The notes: a model not told the origin generated them from the letters alone. Shown: positions 48,328 to 58,767, numbered from the stretch's first letter. The stretch: 64,000 bases of DNA from Candidatus Micrarchaeia archaeon (GCA_041649555.1 JBAZMS010000001.1:331122-395121); one strand, 5' to 3'. Numbers and translations are program-made.

Positions 48328-48903
48328 TTATTCTTCAAACTCCACTGCCTCATAGAAAAAGAACTTCATTCCCGGTTTTTTCCACTCATCTCCCATTAAT
48401 CCTGCCTTCATACACAAATGGGATAAAAATTCCTCTTTGGTTTTTAATTCCTCCCAAACAACAGGAAGAAAAGTTGCCCTGCTCCAGCCTCTTTGTATAA
48501 TCACCCCGTGTTTTTTCGGAACAAGTTTTTTTAACAAGTCTTTATAATCCTTAATCTCAATTTCAACAGGTTTGGTTAAAATAGAAATGCTTATTTTAAT
48601 ATCTTTTAACTCTTCCAAGGTTAAAGGCTTAAATCTTGGATCTTCAAATGCAGCGCTCACTGCATTGTTTACAACATCTAAAACCAAAGGTCTTGTTGCC
48701 TCAAGCATTCCAATGCATCCGCGAAGAGAGTTATTTTTTCTATTATGCAAACTTACAAAACAGGCTCCATTTTCAACAAGTTTTTTCGAAGGAATTTCTC
48801 CAGGATCCGGATCAATTATTTTTTCAGTTTTCAAATAATTTTCAATAGAGCTTCTTGCAAGATTTAGCAAATATCCTTTCTCTTTTTTATTATATTCATT
48901 CAT
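48328..48903 (-). CDS. amrA: AmmeMemoRadiSam protein A (AMMECR1)
   Basis: ACFVSL, LRGCIG, AFEDPRF, ATFLP.VW and LCMKAG motifs. Confidence 0.93.
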   Translation of the reverse strand: MNEYNKKEKGYLLNLARSSIENYLKTEKIIDPDPGEIPSKKLVENGACFVSLHNRKNNSLRGCIGMLEATRPLVLDVVNNAVSAAFEDPRFKPLTLEELKDIKISISILTKPVEIEIKDYKDLLKKLVPKKHGVIIQRGWSRATFLPVVWEELKTKEEFLSHLCMKAGLMGDEWKKPGMKFFFYEAVEFEE

Positions 48904-49672
48904 AGAAGGCATAACATCCATACCCCACGACTCTCGATTTATCCCCAGAAGTATCTCCTGAGTTTTTATAATCCAAAAATTTTCCTTTCCATTTTTTTAT
49001 TTTTGCAATCTGCATCAGGGTTAAAATTGCCTCCTTTCCGCATGCCTCAACAAAGCTTTCAACATTGTAAACATCCATTGACGGAATCGCCTTATTGGCA
49101 GTATTGTCTATTCGCATTGCCTCAGAATAAGAATGATAGTGGCTCAAATCAGAGCTTGCAATAATTATTGAACTCTCATCAATTTCTTTTTGGAGTTCTG
49201 GTGCAAACAATCTTGCAGACATCTCTCCTGTAAGAAGGGCATAAACCCTGAATTTTTTAAGAACTGTCTGCAAAAATGGAAGCTGAACTTCAAGTGAATG
49301 TTCTTTCAAATGGGCTTTATTATAATTTTTTATAATCTGATTTTCCTTTAGTTGTTCCATTTCAACTTTTCCAAAAGGAGTCTGCCAATATTCGTCTGTT
49401 GCTTGTGCAACCCCGTAAAATCTTTCATAATGGGATGGGCCGATTAGAAATACATTTTCTGCATCAGGATTATTTTCTTTTAGCAGTTTATATCCAACTC
49501 CTGCCGCAGGGCCTGAATAAATATATCCTGCATGGGGAACTATAAGCCCTTTAAGTTTTCCAGCAACTGAAGTTTTTTTGGAACTTTCCAAAAAGGATTC
49601 TATCATCTGTTTCAATTCAAACCTTTCAGCAGGATAAAATGCCCCTGCAACTGCCGGCATTCTCACATTCAT
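48896..49672 (-). CDS. amrB: AmmeMemoRadiSam protein B (MEMO1)
   Basis: PAVAGAFYP, PHAGYIYSG, EHSLEVQLPF, SSDLSHY and VVGY motifs. Confidence 0.93.
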   Translation of the reverse strand: MNVRMPAVAGAFYPAERFELKQMIESFLESSKKTSVAGKLKGLIVPHAGYIYSGPAAGVGYKLLKENNPDAENVFLIGPSHYERFYGVAQATDEYWQTPFGKVEMEQLKENQIIKNYNKAHLKEHSLEVQLPFLQTVLKKFRVYALLTGEMSARLFAPELQKEIDESSIIIASSDLSHYHSYSEAMRIDNTANKAIPSMDVYNVESFVEACGKEAILTLMQIAKIKKWKGKFLDYKNSGDTSGDKSRVVGYGCYAFYE

Positions 49673-50691
49673 TCAAACACCCCAACTATTTTACTTTTAC
49701 AATATATGCATCTTCCATTTATTATGTTATTATTTACAATTCTAAAACCAATTCTTTCAATAATTGTTTTCCTGCATTCAGGGCAAATGGTATTTTCATG
49801 TTCATTTAGCATATTTCCGCAATAAATATTTTCAAGGCCAATTTCTTTTGCAATTTTTCTTGCATTAATCAAACTTTGAATGGAGGTTGGATTTCCACCT
49901 GTCATTTTATAGTCAGGATGAAATGCAGTGATATGCCACGGAGTTTTTGGATCAACTGAATATAAAAATTTTGCAATTCTTTCGATAAATTCATCAGAGT
50001 CATTTTCATTTGGAATTAAAAGTGTTGTTACTTCAACCCATATCCCTAATTTTTTTGCATATTTGACTGAATCAAGTACATACCTTAATTTTACATTTCC
50101 GCATAGTTCTTTGTAGAATTTTTCATTCCCCTTAATGTCTATATTTGCTCCGTCAACAAAATCTGATAGATAATTCCAGCATTCCTTGGTTTGATATCCA
50201 TTGGTCACATATACATTTTTCAGTCCTTTTTTTCTTGCCAATATTCCGATATCTTTTGCATATTCGCTAAATATTGTCGGCTCGGTATAAGTGTAGGAAA
50301 TCGATTTGCATCCTCCTCTAATTGCCTCTTCAACTGCTTTCTGCGGGCATAGTATCTGCAGCTTTGCAAGCATTTTTCCAAAATCTTTTTCAAACTCTTT
50401 TGGTGCCTGTGATATGGACCAATTTTGGCAGAATTTGCAATTAAAATTGCATCCGTAAGTTCCAATGGAATAAGACTGCGTTCCTGGAAGAAAATGAAAC
50501 AATGGCTTTTTTTCTATCGGGTCAATCCATACAGCGCAGGGTTTTTCATAGACTAATAAATTCAATTTTCCATTCTTATTTTCCCTGACTTTGCAAAAAC
50601 CAGTTTTTCCAGCTGGTATTTTACATTTTCTGTTACAGGCAATGCATTGAATAATTTCATTTTCCAGTTTAATATATAGTTCTTTTCCCAT
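49669..50691 (-). CDS. amrS: AmmeMemoRadiSam radical SAM enzyme
   Basis: DPIEKKPLFHF.PG, GCNFNCKFCQN, YTYTEP and AFHPDY motifs. Confidence 0.93.
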   Translation of the reverse strand: MGKELYIKLENEIIQCIACNRKCKIPAGKTGFCKVRENKNGKLNLLVYEKPCAVWIDPIEKKPLFHFLPGTQSYSIGTYGCNFNCKFCQNWSISQAPKEFEKDFGKMLAKLQILCPQKAVEEAIRGGCKSISYTYTEPTIFSEYAKDIGILARKKGLKNVYVTNGYQTKECWNYLSDFVDGANIDIKGNEKFYKELCGNVKLRYVLDSVKYAKKLGIWVEVTTLLIPNENDSDEFIERIAKFLYSVDPKTPWHITAFHPDYKMTGGNPTSIQSLINARKIAKEIGLENIYCGNMLNEHENTICPECRKTIIERIGFRIVNNNIINGRCIYCKSKIVGVFE

Positions 50692-50742
50692 TAAGTTTAT
50701 TAATTAGAATAAGGATAAAAATCTATTGCAGGCCCGAATACT

Positions 50743-51963
50743 TTATATTAAAACAGGTGATTCTTGCTCTGCTCCAAATGTTTCAAATAATTTAATACCT
50801 CTTTTCCCATGTTTGAATTTTCCGCTCAAGGCAACTTCTATTGCAATTTTCAAAATTTCCGGATCATTTATCTCAACTGAAACCTGCTCCCCATTAATCC
50901 ATTTAAAATCATCTTTTAATCGAAAACCAATAGTTGGCTTTCCAAATATTCTTGAGGGCTGCAGGGCATAATTATTATTTCCTATCACAGCATCAGAAGA
51001 ATAAAGCAAACTCTCAAAAGAATGTCCTATTCTGCCCCTTATTATATCTTCCAAATTCAAAAGCAGAACATTTGCATGTGATATTGATACTTTATTTAGA
51101 GCTTTATTAACTTTTCCGTAATCATTTTGTTTGCATATTATCATTAAATTTATTCCTGGTCTGTATAAGGCAAGTTCATCTACAGTTTCAATTACTTGTT
51201 TAAATGTATCTTTTCCATCTAATTGTTCAGGGGCATATAAAAACATAATTGTTTTTGCATCTGAATTAAAAACCTGTGAAAACGGATAGGCAACATTTAT
51301 TTCATCTCTTATACTATATTCTCCATCCAATAGTAAAAATAGCATATGTTTTAAATCATCCTGTCGCTCTAAGGAAATATTTACTCTTGCAAGCAAATAA
51401 AGATAAGGATCATCACACTTAATTAATCTCTCGTTATCGATTCCAATTTTTAAAAACTGTTCCAAAGTTTTTTGGTTTGAGCTAACGATCCTGTTTTTTG
51501 GTTTATTTAATTCATTTAAATCATTTCTGGTTCCATCAAATATACCCTTTAATTCATCTACATCTCCGCTAAAAAAGATTTCTAACGGTATGCCTTTTTC
51601 ATTTCCAAATGAAATAAACGACATATTTGCTACTGTAGCCCTTTTCAAATCATCTGAATCTGCAAATAGCATTATTTTTCTTGGTTTGAAAAGTATATCT
51701 CCGAGTGTTATTAGCTCTGAAGAAGGATAAGTGATTCTATCTGGTTTAATTTTCCATCTATCGAGAATATGTTTGTAATCTGAGTCAATTGAAATTTTAA
51801 AAGGCTCTCTACCAAATGTCTTTATAATTCCAGCTGCTGAATTTGCAGCCCTTTTAGAATAAATAGGCAACAAAACTTTTTTTTTAAACATAAAATCACA
51901 AAAATAGTTATATGTGTTATATTTTTTATATTTATTGGTATTGGAAATTAAACTTTTAATCAT
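50743..51963 (-). CDS. Hypothetical protein with GT-B-like C-terminal region
   Basis: LLYSSDAVIG...FGKPTIGF resembles the neighbouring gene; true start may be MFKKK near 51891. Confidence 0.5.
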   Translation of the reverse strand: MIKSLISNTNKYKKYNTYNYFCDFMFKKKVLLPIYSKRAANSAAGIIKTFGREPFKISIDSDYKHILDRWKIKPDRITYPSSELITLGDILFKPRKIMLFADSDDLKRATVANMSFISFGNEKGIPLEIFFSGDVDELKGIFDGTRNDLNELNKPKNRIVSSNQKTLEQFLKIGIDNERLIKCDDPYLYLLARVNISLERQDDLKHMLFLLLDGEYSIRDEINVAYPFSQVFNSDAKTIMFLYAPEQLDGKDTFKQVIETVDELALYRPGINLMIICKQNDYGKVNKALNKVSISHANVLLLNLEDIIRGRIGHSFESLLYSSDAVIGNNNYALQPSRIFGKPTIGFRLKDDFKWINGEQVSVEINDPEILKIAIEVALSGKFKHGKRGIKLFETFGAEQESPVLI

Positions 51964-53147
51964 TTTAATAGTCCAATTACCCTCTCTGTTGCTCCTTCAA
52001 CATAACCAATCTCATTTTGTTTAATCAGGTCGTGCATTAAATAATACATATTTAATTGTAATTCTGCTGTATTTTTTACAAGAGTGGTTATTTCCCTCTC
52101 ATTTGTATACCACTGGAAATCGTTTCCAGTTAATTCCGGCTGAAAACTTATTACAGGTGTTCCAAGCAGTCTTGCAGTAACAAGCGGGTTGTTGAATGTT
52201 CCAACCACTAAATCAGCAACATATAATATCTCTTCTATAGAATAATAATTTACATCTATTCTATCTGTTGGGTTGTGAACAACCTTTCTTGCAAGTTTTG
52301 TTTTAAAGGAATCTGCAGCATCTTTTGCATTTCCCGGTCTAAATGGATGCGGCCTTATTATTGCATTTATCGTTTCTTTTTCTGAATATTCTTCTATAGA
52401 CCTTAGAAAATCAATCAATACGCTTTTTTCACTAAATCCTATTGTAGGATAATTTGTTTCAATTTCATCACTTATGAATACAACCAGCTTTCCATTTTCA
52501 TCAAATTCTGAAAATACGGGTTTTGAGAGAATCTTTTTTCTCATCGTTATCTTTTTATCATCAAATTCCTGTGTCAATCCAACAACATATTCAAAATATG
52601 GATTCCCGGTAATACTTAATACATTTGGATTGAAACCTTCATTAATCATTTGTTCTTTTGCAAATTCATCCATTATTGCAATTGAAGTTGGAAGACATCT
52701 CAATTTTCCTGCGCGTTCAATTTCAAGCCTGTTTGATTCCATTGGAAATTTTAAATCTGAAAATCTTTCCGAATAATTTCCCCAAATGTCAAGCAATGCC
52801 ACAGTTGGGATTTTAAGTATTTCTCTTTCCAAATACCATATAAACTGGTCTGGTGTGAGAAGATGTTGTTCATCTTGTACATTTGTTCCTGTAAGAATTG
52901 AAGTAGGATCAAAATCCACCATTTTTTCCTGTAGTGTTTTATATTCTTTTTCGTTAGGTTTGCCTTCAACCATGTAATCTATTGCCACATTCAATTTGTT
53001 AAAAGCGCCAGTGGCTCCACCAGATGATACTAAAAAAACTCTTGTTCCTAATTTTCTTAATTTGTTAACAACAGGACCAATTGCTTCTCCTGCTCCATAC
53101 ATTGAAGCTAATGCAAATACTTTTTTTGGGATTCTTTGTTTATGCAT
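51960..53147 (-). CDS. GT-B-fold glycosyltransferase/polysaccharide-modification-like protein
   Basis: ITGNPYF, IIRPHP and ADLVVG...LLGTPVIS motifs. Confidence 0.7.
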   Translation of the reverse strand: MHKQRIPKKVFALASMYGAGEAIGPVVNKLRKLGTRVFLVSSGGATGAFNKLNVAIDYMVEGKPNEKEYKTLQEKMVDFDPTSILTGTNVQDEQHLLTPDQFIWYLEREILKIPTVALLDIWGNYSERFSDLKFPMESNRLEIERAGKLRCLPTSIAIMDEFAKEQMINEGFNPNVLSITGNPYFEYVVGLTQEFDDKKITMRKKILSKPVFSEFDENGKLVVFISDEIETNYPTIGFSEKSVLIDFLRSIEEYSEKETINAIIRPHPFRPGNAKDAADSFKTKLARKVVHNPTDRIDVNYYSIEEILYVADLVVGTFNNPLVTARLLGTPVISFQPELTGNDFQWYTNEREITTLVKNTAELQLNMYYLMHDLIKQNEIGYVEGATERVIGLLK

Positions 53148-53302
53148 AATTATCTTCCATTTTGTTATAGTAGATATATGTATGTATACATTTATAAGGT
53201 TTGGTTTTTTGTATATGCTAGTTGTAATTATAAAGAGTAGTATTAAGTGGTCTTTTTAAATATTTTTGTTAAAATATCTATAAATACAAATGGTAGACTA
53301 TA

Positions 53303-53986
53303 ATGAAAAAACTTCGTCAAAATTCTCCGTTAAGGATTAGGATAAATTCTATTGATGGATTTAAGAGAATGGGAATACCTTTAGAAGAAGCCGTAAGAAT
53401 AGCCAGCCAGGAAGGTTTAATTATTGCTTCCAATAGGTCTATTGATGAGGAATTTATGCTTGGAGTTTCCCAGATAATTCACTGCCGGACAGGAACATTA
53501 GTTGCTTCTAACGAGCCGGGTGATAAATTGGGTTTGGATGTTGTATCTGAAGATTTTATTACAGGATTTAAATGGGTATTTCCTGTACCATATCAATTTG
53601 TAGGAGAACAAAATCTTGTTTTAGTAACCGAATACCCATATTCAATTGAAAAAGACGGTAATTATAGGGTAATCAATCCTTTAAATAAGATAGATTATAT
53701 TCTTGGTTCTCCATCTGAAGATTTTGTTTTTAAATATTATCAGGTGGATGTAGAATATTATCTTCCTTCAATAATCAGCAGAAGCCCTTTGCTTGACAAA
53801 AGAGTTTTAGTAGGAAGTTACAATACTATATCTGCGGTTATGCGTACTTCTTATGATTGGAATCATATAATCATTGGATGTCCTCTTTCCTATCCGTCAG
53901 GGCTTATTGTAAAACCTTTAAAATCTGGAAATGAAGGGTTCTCTCCTGATCCTGCCCACGATAACCTGAGAGTTTCTCTGCAATAA
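53303..53986 (+). CDS. Hypothetical protein
   Basis: 227-aa ORF; no family recognised with confidence. Confidence 0.55.
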   Translation: MKKLRQNSPLRIRINSIDGFKRMGIPLEEAVRIASQEGLIIASNRSIDEEFMLGVSQIIHCRTGTLVASNEPGDKLGLDVVSEDFITGFKWVFPVPYQFVGEQNLVLVTEYPYSIEKDGNYRVINPLNKIDYILGSPSEDFVFKYYQVDVEYYLPSIISRSPLLDKRVLVGSYNTISAVMRTSYDWNHIIIGCPLSYPSGLIVKPLKSGNEGFSPDPAHDNLRVSLQ

Positions 53987-54003
53987 TTTTTTTGTTTAAA
54001 ATA

Positions 54004-54077
54004 CGCCCTCACCGAGATTTGAACTCGGGCTCCAGGATCCGCAATCCTGTGTTCTATCCAGACTATACTATGAGGGC
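54004..54077 (-). tRNA. tRNA-Arg(GCG)
   Basis: Acceptor GCCCTCA/TGAGGGC; anticodon arm CAGGA-TTGCGGA-TCCTG; T-loop TTCAAAT; no intron. Confidence 0.93.
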
Positions 54078-54429
54078 AACAGTTATTATTTTCATATATT
54101 CTGTTTAAATTTCTTTATTTTTTCTTTTTGTCAAATCAAGTATATTTTTGTGGTTCTATCTTTTCGCCTAAAAAGAATTTCTATTAAAATCTTTTTTTCT
54201 TAAGTATTGGATTGCCTGTTATGGGCAAGGAGTGGGGGGTTAGATGGAGCCCTTGCGGTGTACCATCAACCCTCATTTATGTTTTTCAAAATTTATAATT
54301 CTCTTTAATCTTTCTAAAATTTTATCTTTTACATATGCAAACTTTTAAAAATGGTTTGATATTAAATCTTCTAATATTTCTTAGAATTACAAAATTCGAG
54401 AATATATTTTTTATGAGGTGTAATATATT

Positions 54430-55707
54430 ATGGCAGCAGAAAAAGAACATGTAAATCTTGTCTTTATAGGGCATGTAGACTCAGGAAAGTCTACTTCGGT
54501 TGGAAGAATTTTATACGAAACAGGGGCGCTTCCAGAACAAACTTTGAAAAAATACCGGGAAGAAGCAGAAAAGCTTGGAAAAGCAACATTTGAATTTGCA
54601 TTTGCAATGGATTCTCTAAAAGAAGAAAGGGAAAGAGGAGTAACAATTGATGTTTCACACAAGGATTTCAAAACAGCAAAACACTATTTTACAATTATTG
54701 ATGCGCCAGGACACAAAGACTTTGTAAAAAACATGATCACTGGTACTTCACAGGCAGATGCAGCAGTATTGGTTGTTTCTGCAAAAGACGGAGTAGAACC
54801 GCAAACAAAAGAACATGCATTTCTTGCAAAAGTTCTTGGAATCGGTCAATTATGCGTAAACATAAACAAGATGGATGCAATAAGCTATGATGAAGTAAAA
54901 TTCAATCAGGTCAAATCTGAAATTTCAAAACTTTTATCAGGAATGGGATACAAAATTGATAAGGTTCCAATAATTCCCTGTTCTGCATATAAAGGTGACA
55001 ATATTACCAAAAAATCAGAAAATATGAAATGGTATACAGGAAAAACCTTGATTGAAACTGTTGATGATTTCATAGCTCCGCCAAAACCAAAAGACAAACC
55101 ATTAAGACTTCCAATTCAGGATGTATTTACAATTACAGGACACGGAACTGTTCCGGTCGGAAGGGTTGAAACAGGAGTAATGAAACCAAATATGACGGTT
55201 GTTGTTTCGCCTTCTGGGGCAAAAGGAGAAGTAAAAAAGATTGAAATGCACCATGAGGAATTGAAAGAAGCAGTCCCCGGAGACAATGTCGGATTTAATC
55301 TTAAAGGAGTAGATAAAAAAGACATTAAAAGAGGGGATGTTTTAGGCCCGGTAGATAGTCCGCCAACAGTAGTTGAGGAATTCAAGGCGCAAATAGTTGT
55401 CTTAAATCACCCAACTGCAATTTCTGTCGGATACACACCTGTTTTCCATGTACACACCTGTCAGTTTGCAGGAAAAGTAACTGAAATTGTTGAAAAGAAA
55501 GATCCAAAAACAGGACAGCCTGTTCCAGGAAAAGTGGACTTTATAAAAACAGGGGATGCGGCAATTGTTAAAATAAAACCATTAAAACCAGTTGTTATGG
55601 AAAAATTCCAGGACTTCCCACCCCTTGGAAGATTTGCAATGAGGGATATGGGTCAGACAGTTGCAGCAGGAGTAGTATTGGACATTACTCCTAAAAAATC
55701 AGCTTAA
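54430..55707 (+). CDS. tuf: Elongation factor 1-alpha
   Basis: [27 protein letters not shown] and GRFAMRDMG motifs. Confidence 0.98.
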   Translation: MAAEKEHVNLVFIGHVDSGKSTSVGRILYETGALPEQTLKKYREEAEKLGKATFEFAFAMDSLKEERERGVTIDVSHKDFKTAKHYFTIIDAPGHKDFVKNMITGTSQADAAVLVVSAKDGVEPQTKEHAFLAKVLGIGQLCVNINKMDAISYDEVKFNQVKSEISKLLSGMGYKIDKVPIIPCSAYKGDNITKKSENMKWYTGKTLIETVDDFIAPPKPKDKPLRLPIQDVFTITGHGTVPVGRVETGVMKPNMTVVVSPSGAKGEVKKIEMHHEELKEAVPGDNVGFNLKGVDKKDIKRGDVLGPVDSPPTVVEEFKAQIVVLNHPTAISVGYTPVFHVHTCQFAGKVTEIVEKKDPKTGQPVPGKVDFIKTGDAAIVKIKPLKPVVMEKFQDFPPLGRFAMRDMGQTVAAGVVLDITPKKSA

Positions 55708-55717
55708 TTTCTTTTTT

Positions 55718-56776
55718 TTATTTTTCTAAATATTTTTCTACATCTTTTTTTGCAGGGCATCTTATCGAATGCTGTTTTATTTCATTTTTATTAGTAATAT
55801 ATGTTATTATTGTGTGCCATCCGCCTTCAGCTTCATCATATACAATCTCTGAGGCATCTAAAATGGTTCTGCAGTTTTTATCTATGTTGCCTATTTCCAT
55901 ATAAAATACATCTGCGTTTAATCCGGCGCTGTATTCTTTTCCGTCAGGCCAGATTATCAAATAAATTCTTTTTGTAGAAGAATCCTGTGTTCCAACAGGA
56001 AGAACCAAAAATTCGTTTGGAGATATTATCTTTATTTTAATTTTTTTTATTTTATCTGCATCCGGCCAGCCAAGCTCCCATTCGCTTGCTGCAAGGTTCA
56101 TTTGAAATTGCTCTTTTTTCCAAGACTCTGGTGCCATTTTTTCCACATGAAAAAATCCCTTTCTGGTAATTGTCGCAAAAGGTATCTGATAATAATTAAG
56201 ATTTGCAGGATAATATACATCGCTTCCAACTATTTCCCCTCCGGGTATCATATACTCATTTAATTCGGAGTGGCATTGTGCCTTTATTTTTATTAATTTA
56301 AATTCTTTTTCGCTTTTTGGCTCAATTTTAAATAAATAAATATTTTTTTCCCCAAGCAATATAATTTCATTGGCATTGCAATGATGTCCAAGAATTTTTT
56401 CATTGTTTATATAAGTTCCAAAATCAATATGATAATTGTAATACTCTTCTATTTTAGTTTTTTTCAAAGGACTGGTATAAATTATTGTTTTTTCATAGGT
56501 GTAACTTATCTCGGATGGTTTTTTGGCATCTTTTTGATAGCAGAAAACATCTTCGATTTCCATTATCTCCTCTTTTTTTGGTTCGTTGCTCTCTTCATTG
56601 GCGTTTGCTGCATTTGAATTAAAAGTAGATATTAAAAATAACATTCCCATTGTTGCTAAAACTAATTTTATAGAGTAAACAGGAATATCTTTCATACTTT
56701 TTAGTGTTTTTGCAATTTCCCGTTTTATGCCCTTCAATTTTTTTCTATATAAGTGGGCGTTCCTGTAAATATGCAT
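55718..56776 (-). CDS. Hypothetical protein with internal TM/signal segment
   Basis: Basic N-terminus, a hydrophobic helix near aa 35-52, then a beta-rich domain. Confidence 0.55.
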   Translation of the reverse strand: MHIYRNAHLYRKKLKGIKREIAKTLKSMKDIPVYSIKLVLATMGMLFLISTFNSNAANANEESNEPKKEEIMEIEDVFCYQKDAKKPSEISYTYEKTIIYTSPLKKTKIEEYYNYHIDFGTYINNEKILGHHCNANEIILLGEKNIYLFKIEPKSEKEFKLIKIKAQCHSELNEYMIPGGEIVGSDVYYPANLNYYQIPFATITRKGFFHVEKMAPESWKKEQFQMNLAASEWELGWPDADKIKKIKIKIISPNEFLVLPVGTQDSSTKRIYLIIWPDGKEYSAGLNADVFYMEIGNIDKNCRTILDASEIVYDEAEGGWHTIITYITNKNEIKQHSIRCPAKKDVEKYLEK

Positions 56777-56806
56777 ATTGTTATTATTTAGGGAAAATAA
56801 TATAAA

Positions 56807-57535
56807 TCATTCCCATGGCTCTTTTTTAATTCTTTTTTTCTGTTTTTCGATTTCTTCTTCAATAACTTTTGATATTAACTCTCCATCTTTTTGACCGGGT
56901 TGTAGATTGGCAATATTCTCAATTCTTTGCTGGTCTGTAGCAACTCCGGTCATACCCTCAACTGTTTTAACCTTTGCATGGCCAATTATTTCACCAGAAT
57001 TAGACCCTTCGATTGTTTTGATTTTTCCATGGCCCAAAATTGTTCCAGCTTCTGATCCTTCGATACTTTTTATTTTTCTATGACCTGCAATTATTCCTAG
57101 TTCTGCTCCATCAGTAGATCTTACTTTTTTTTGCCGTATTATTGTTTCCGGGCCCGGACCTATTGAGGTTTCTTCAATACATATAATATTTTCTATTTGA
57201 TTCTTTTTTTTGGCATCCTGTTCCAAAGCCCTCTTATAAAAAGCATTCAGCGATAAGAATCCAAATTCCCTCCATTTGGCCCCGTCTTTTATTAATACCT
57301 CCGAATCTATCAATTTTTGCCCCACATCAAAGAGGCTTCCTTCAGATTTTAATGCATCAATTATCTCCTCTTCAGAGATATCCTTTCCTTTAATCAAAAA
57401 TTTATATTTTTTATTCCCTCTGGCAATTGTAATCTCAATTTGTTTTATCCCATGCCTTTCTTCTTCAAGCGGAGGCTTGATTTCTTTTGCTTTCAATCTT
57501 TCCTCAAGCTTATATGTCGGAGGTTTTTTTCCCAT
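56807..57535 (-). CDS. Hypothetical protein with 17-aa internal repeats
   Basis: About 3.5 copies of xK(I/V)K(S/T)xEGSxxGxIxGH. Confidence 0.6.
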   Translation of the reverse strand: MGKKPPTYKLEERLKAKEIKPPLEEERHGIKQIEITIARGNKKYKFLIKGKDISEEEIIDALKSEGSLFDVGQKLIDSEVLIKDGAKWREFGFLSLNAFYKRALEQDAKKKNQIENIICIEETSIGPGPETIIRQKKVRSTDGAELGIIAGHRKIKSIEGSEAGTILGHGKIKTIEGSNSGEIIGHAKVKTVEGMTGVATDQQRIENIANLQPGQKDGELISKVIEEEIEKQKKRIKKEPWE

Positions 57536-57573
57536 ATTTATCCCAATTTATTTAACACCAAAAATTTATATCC

Positions 57574-58659
57574 TTATTTCTTTGATGCAAGTTTTTCAAA
57601 AAAAGATTCACATTTGGCCAGTATCTCTTCAAAACTAAGGCCTTTCTTTTCTATGGCAAATATAATTTCATGCGCGCCAATGCCTTCTGCAACAAGGCTT
57701 TGGGATGGATAAATCGCACACCCCCCAAATTCATCGTCAAGAAGACCCCTAATTTTTAAAGAATTATCTACCATTTTAGGGGGAAAACCGATTTCAAAAA
57801 TTTTTTTTCCATCTGACCAGTAAAGCGTGATATTTTTTAATGTTAATTGTGGCATTTTTCTAAAAAATTCAATATCTATATCCTCCCTTGAGGGGAGTAT
57901 AACTACTTTTTCTGTTGGTTTTTTTGGAAGCATTTCTCTTGGGATATTATAGCCCCATTCTTTTAGTGTTTCCACTATTTTTTTGCAGTCTTTTCTATTA
58001 AGAATTGCAGGAGAAAGCCATAATACATATTTTATCATCCTTTCAATATTTCTTGTTATTTTTTCAGGTTCCAAATTTCTAATATCCTCTAAATTTACAA
58101 CTGAATCAAATAATTTTATCATAATTGCATCCATATTTTTGGAACTAAGAAGTCTTCCATAATAAACTTCTGCCCGCTCTTCGTATTTCTCAGAAGTATA
58201 CTCGTCTGTTAAATAATATCGCCTATCATTTGCAAATCTCCATTTGCCATCCGTTAATCTTGGTTTTGAAAGCAAATCCACAATTCTTGCAACTTCAGTT
58301 CCAAATATTTTTCTTATCTCTTTTAAATGAATATTGCAGTCCTCAATTACATCATGCAAAAGCGATGCTTCAATTACTTTTGAATTATATCCTCTTTTGG
58401 ATACTTCAAATGCAACTTTCCAGACATGCATAAAATAAGGGGTTTTTCCATCTTTTCTTAATTGTCCTTTATGCCTTTCGTTTGCAAATTTGTATGCTCT
58501 TTCTATTTTCCATAAGTTTGTTTTATTATATATTCTAAAATGTGACAACAATTCTTCCAAAAGCCCTTTCAACTGATTATCTGTTTGCGGCTCTAAATTT
58601 TTAAAAGGCCCTTCAGTTGGTTTAATTATTTTAACCTTTATCTTTTTTTTGCTTTTCAT
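57574..58659 (-). CDS. RelA/SpoT-type HD hydrolase domain protein
   Basis: AYKFA..RHKGQLRKDG.TPYFMH, LLHDVIED, FG.EVA.IV..LSK and IKLFD motifs; no synthetase domain. Confidence 0.8.
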   Translation of the reverse strand: MKSKKKIKVKIIKPTEGPFKNLEPQTDNQLKGLLEELLSHFRIYNKTNLWKIERAYKFANERHKGQLRKDGKTPYFMHVWKVAFEVSKRGYNSKVIEASLLHDVIEDCNIHLKEIRKIFGTEVARIVDLLSKPRLTDGKWRFANDRRYYLTDEYTSEKYEERAEVYYGRLLSSKNMDAIMIKLFDSVVNLEDIRNLEPEKITRNIERMIKYVLWLSPAILNRKDCKKIVETLKEWGYNIPREMLPKKPTEKVVILPSREDIDIEFFRKMPQLTLKNITLYWSDGKKIFEIGFPPKMVDNSLKIRGLLDDEFGGCAIYPSQSLVAEGIGAHEIIFAIEKKGLSFEEILAKCESFFEKLASKK

Positions 58660-58767
58660 CTTTTATATATTATAGCTAAATATCCATATAAATCTTTCTT
58701 TTACATTTAAAAACACTATAAATCTCACTTAAATCAGTTTTTATTTTTTTTGCAATATTTTCTATTT

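Noticed and set aside
55696..58750. AAATCAG(C/T)TT at the tuf end and upstream of asnS as an insertion scar
   Set aside because: 7-10 bp of low-complexity sequence; insufficient.
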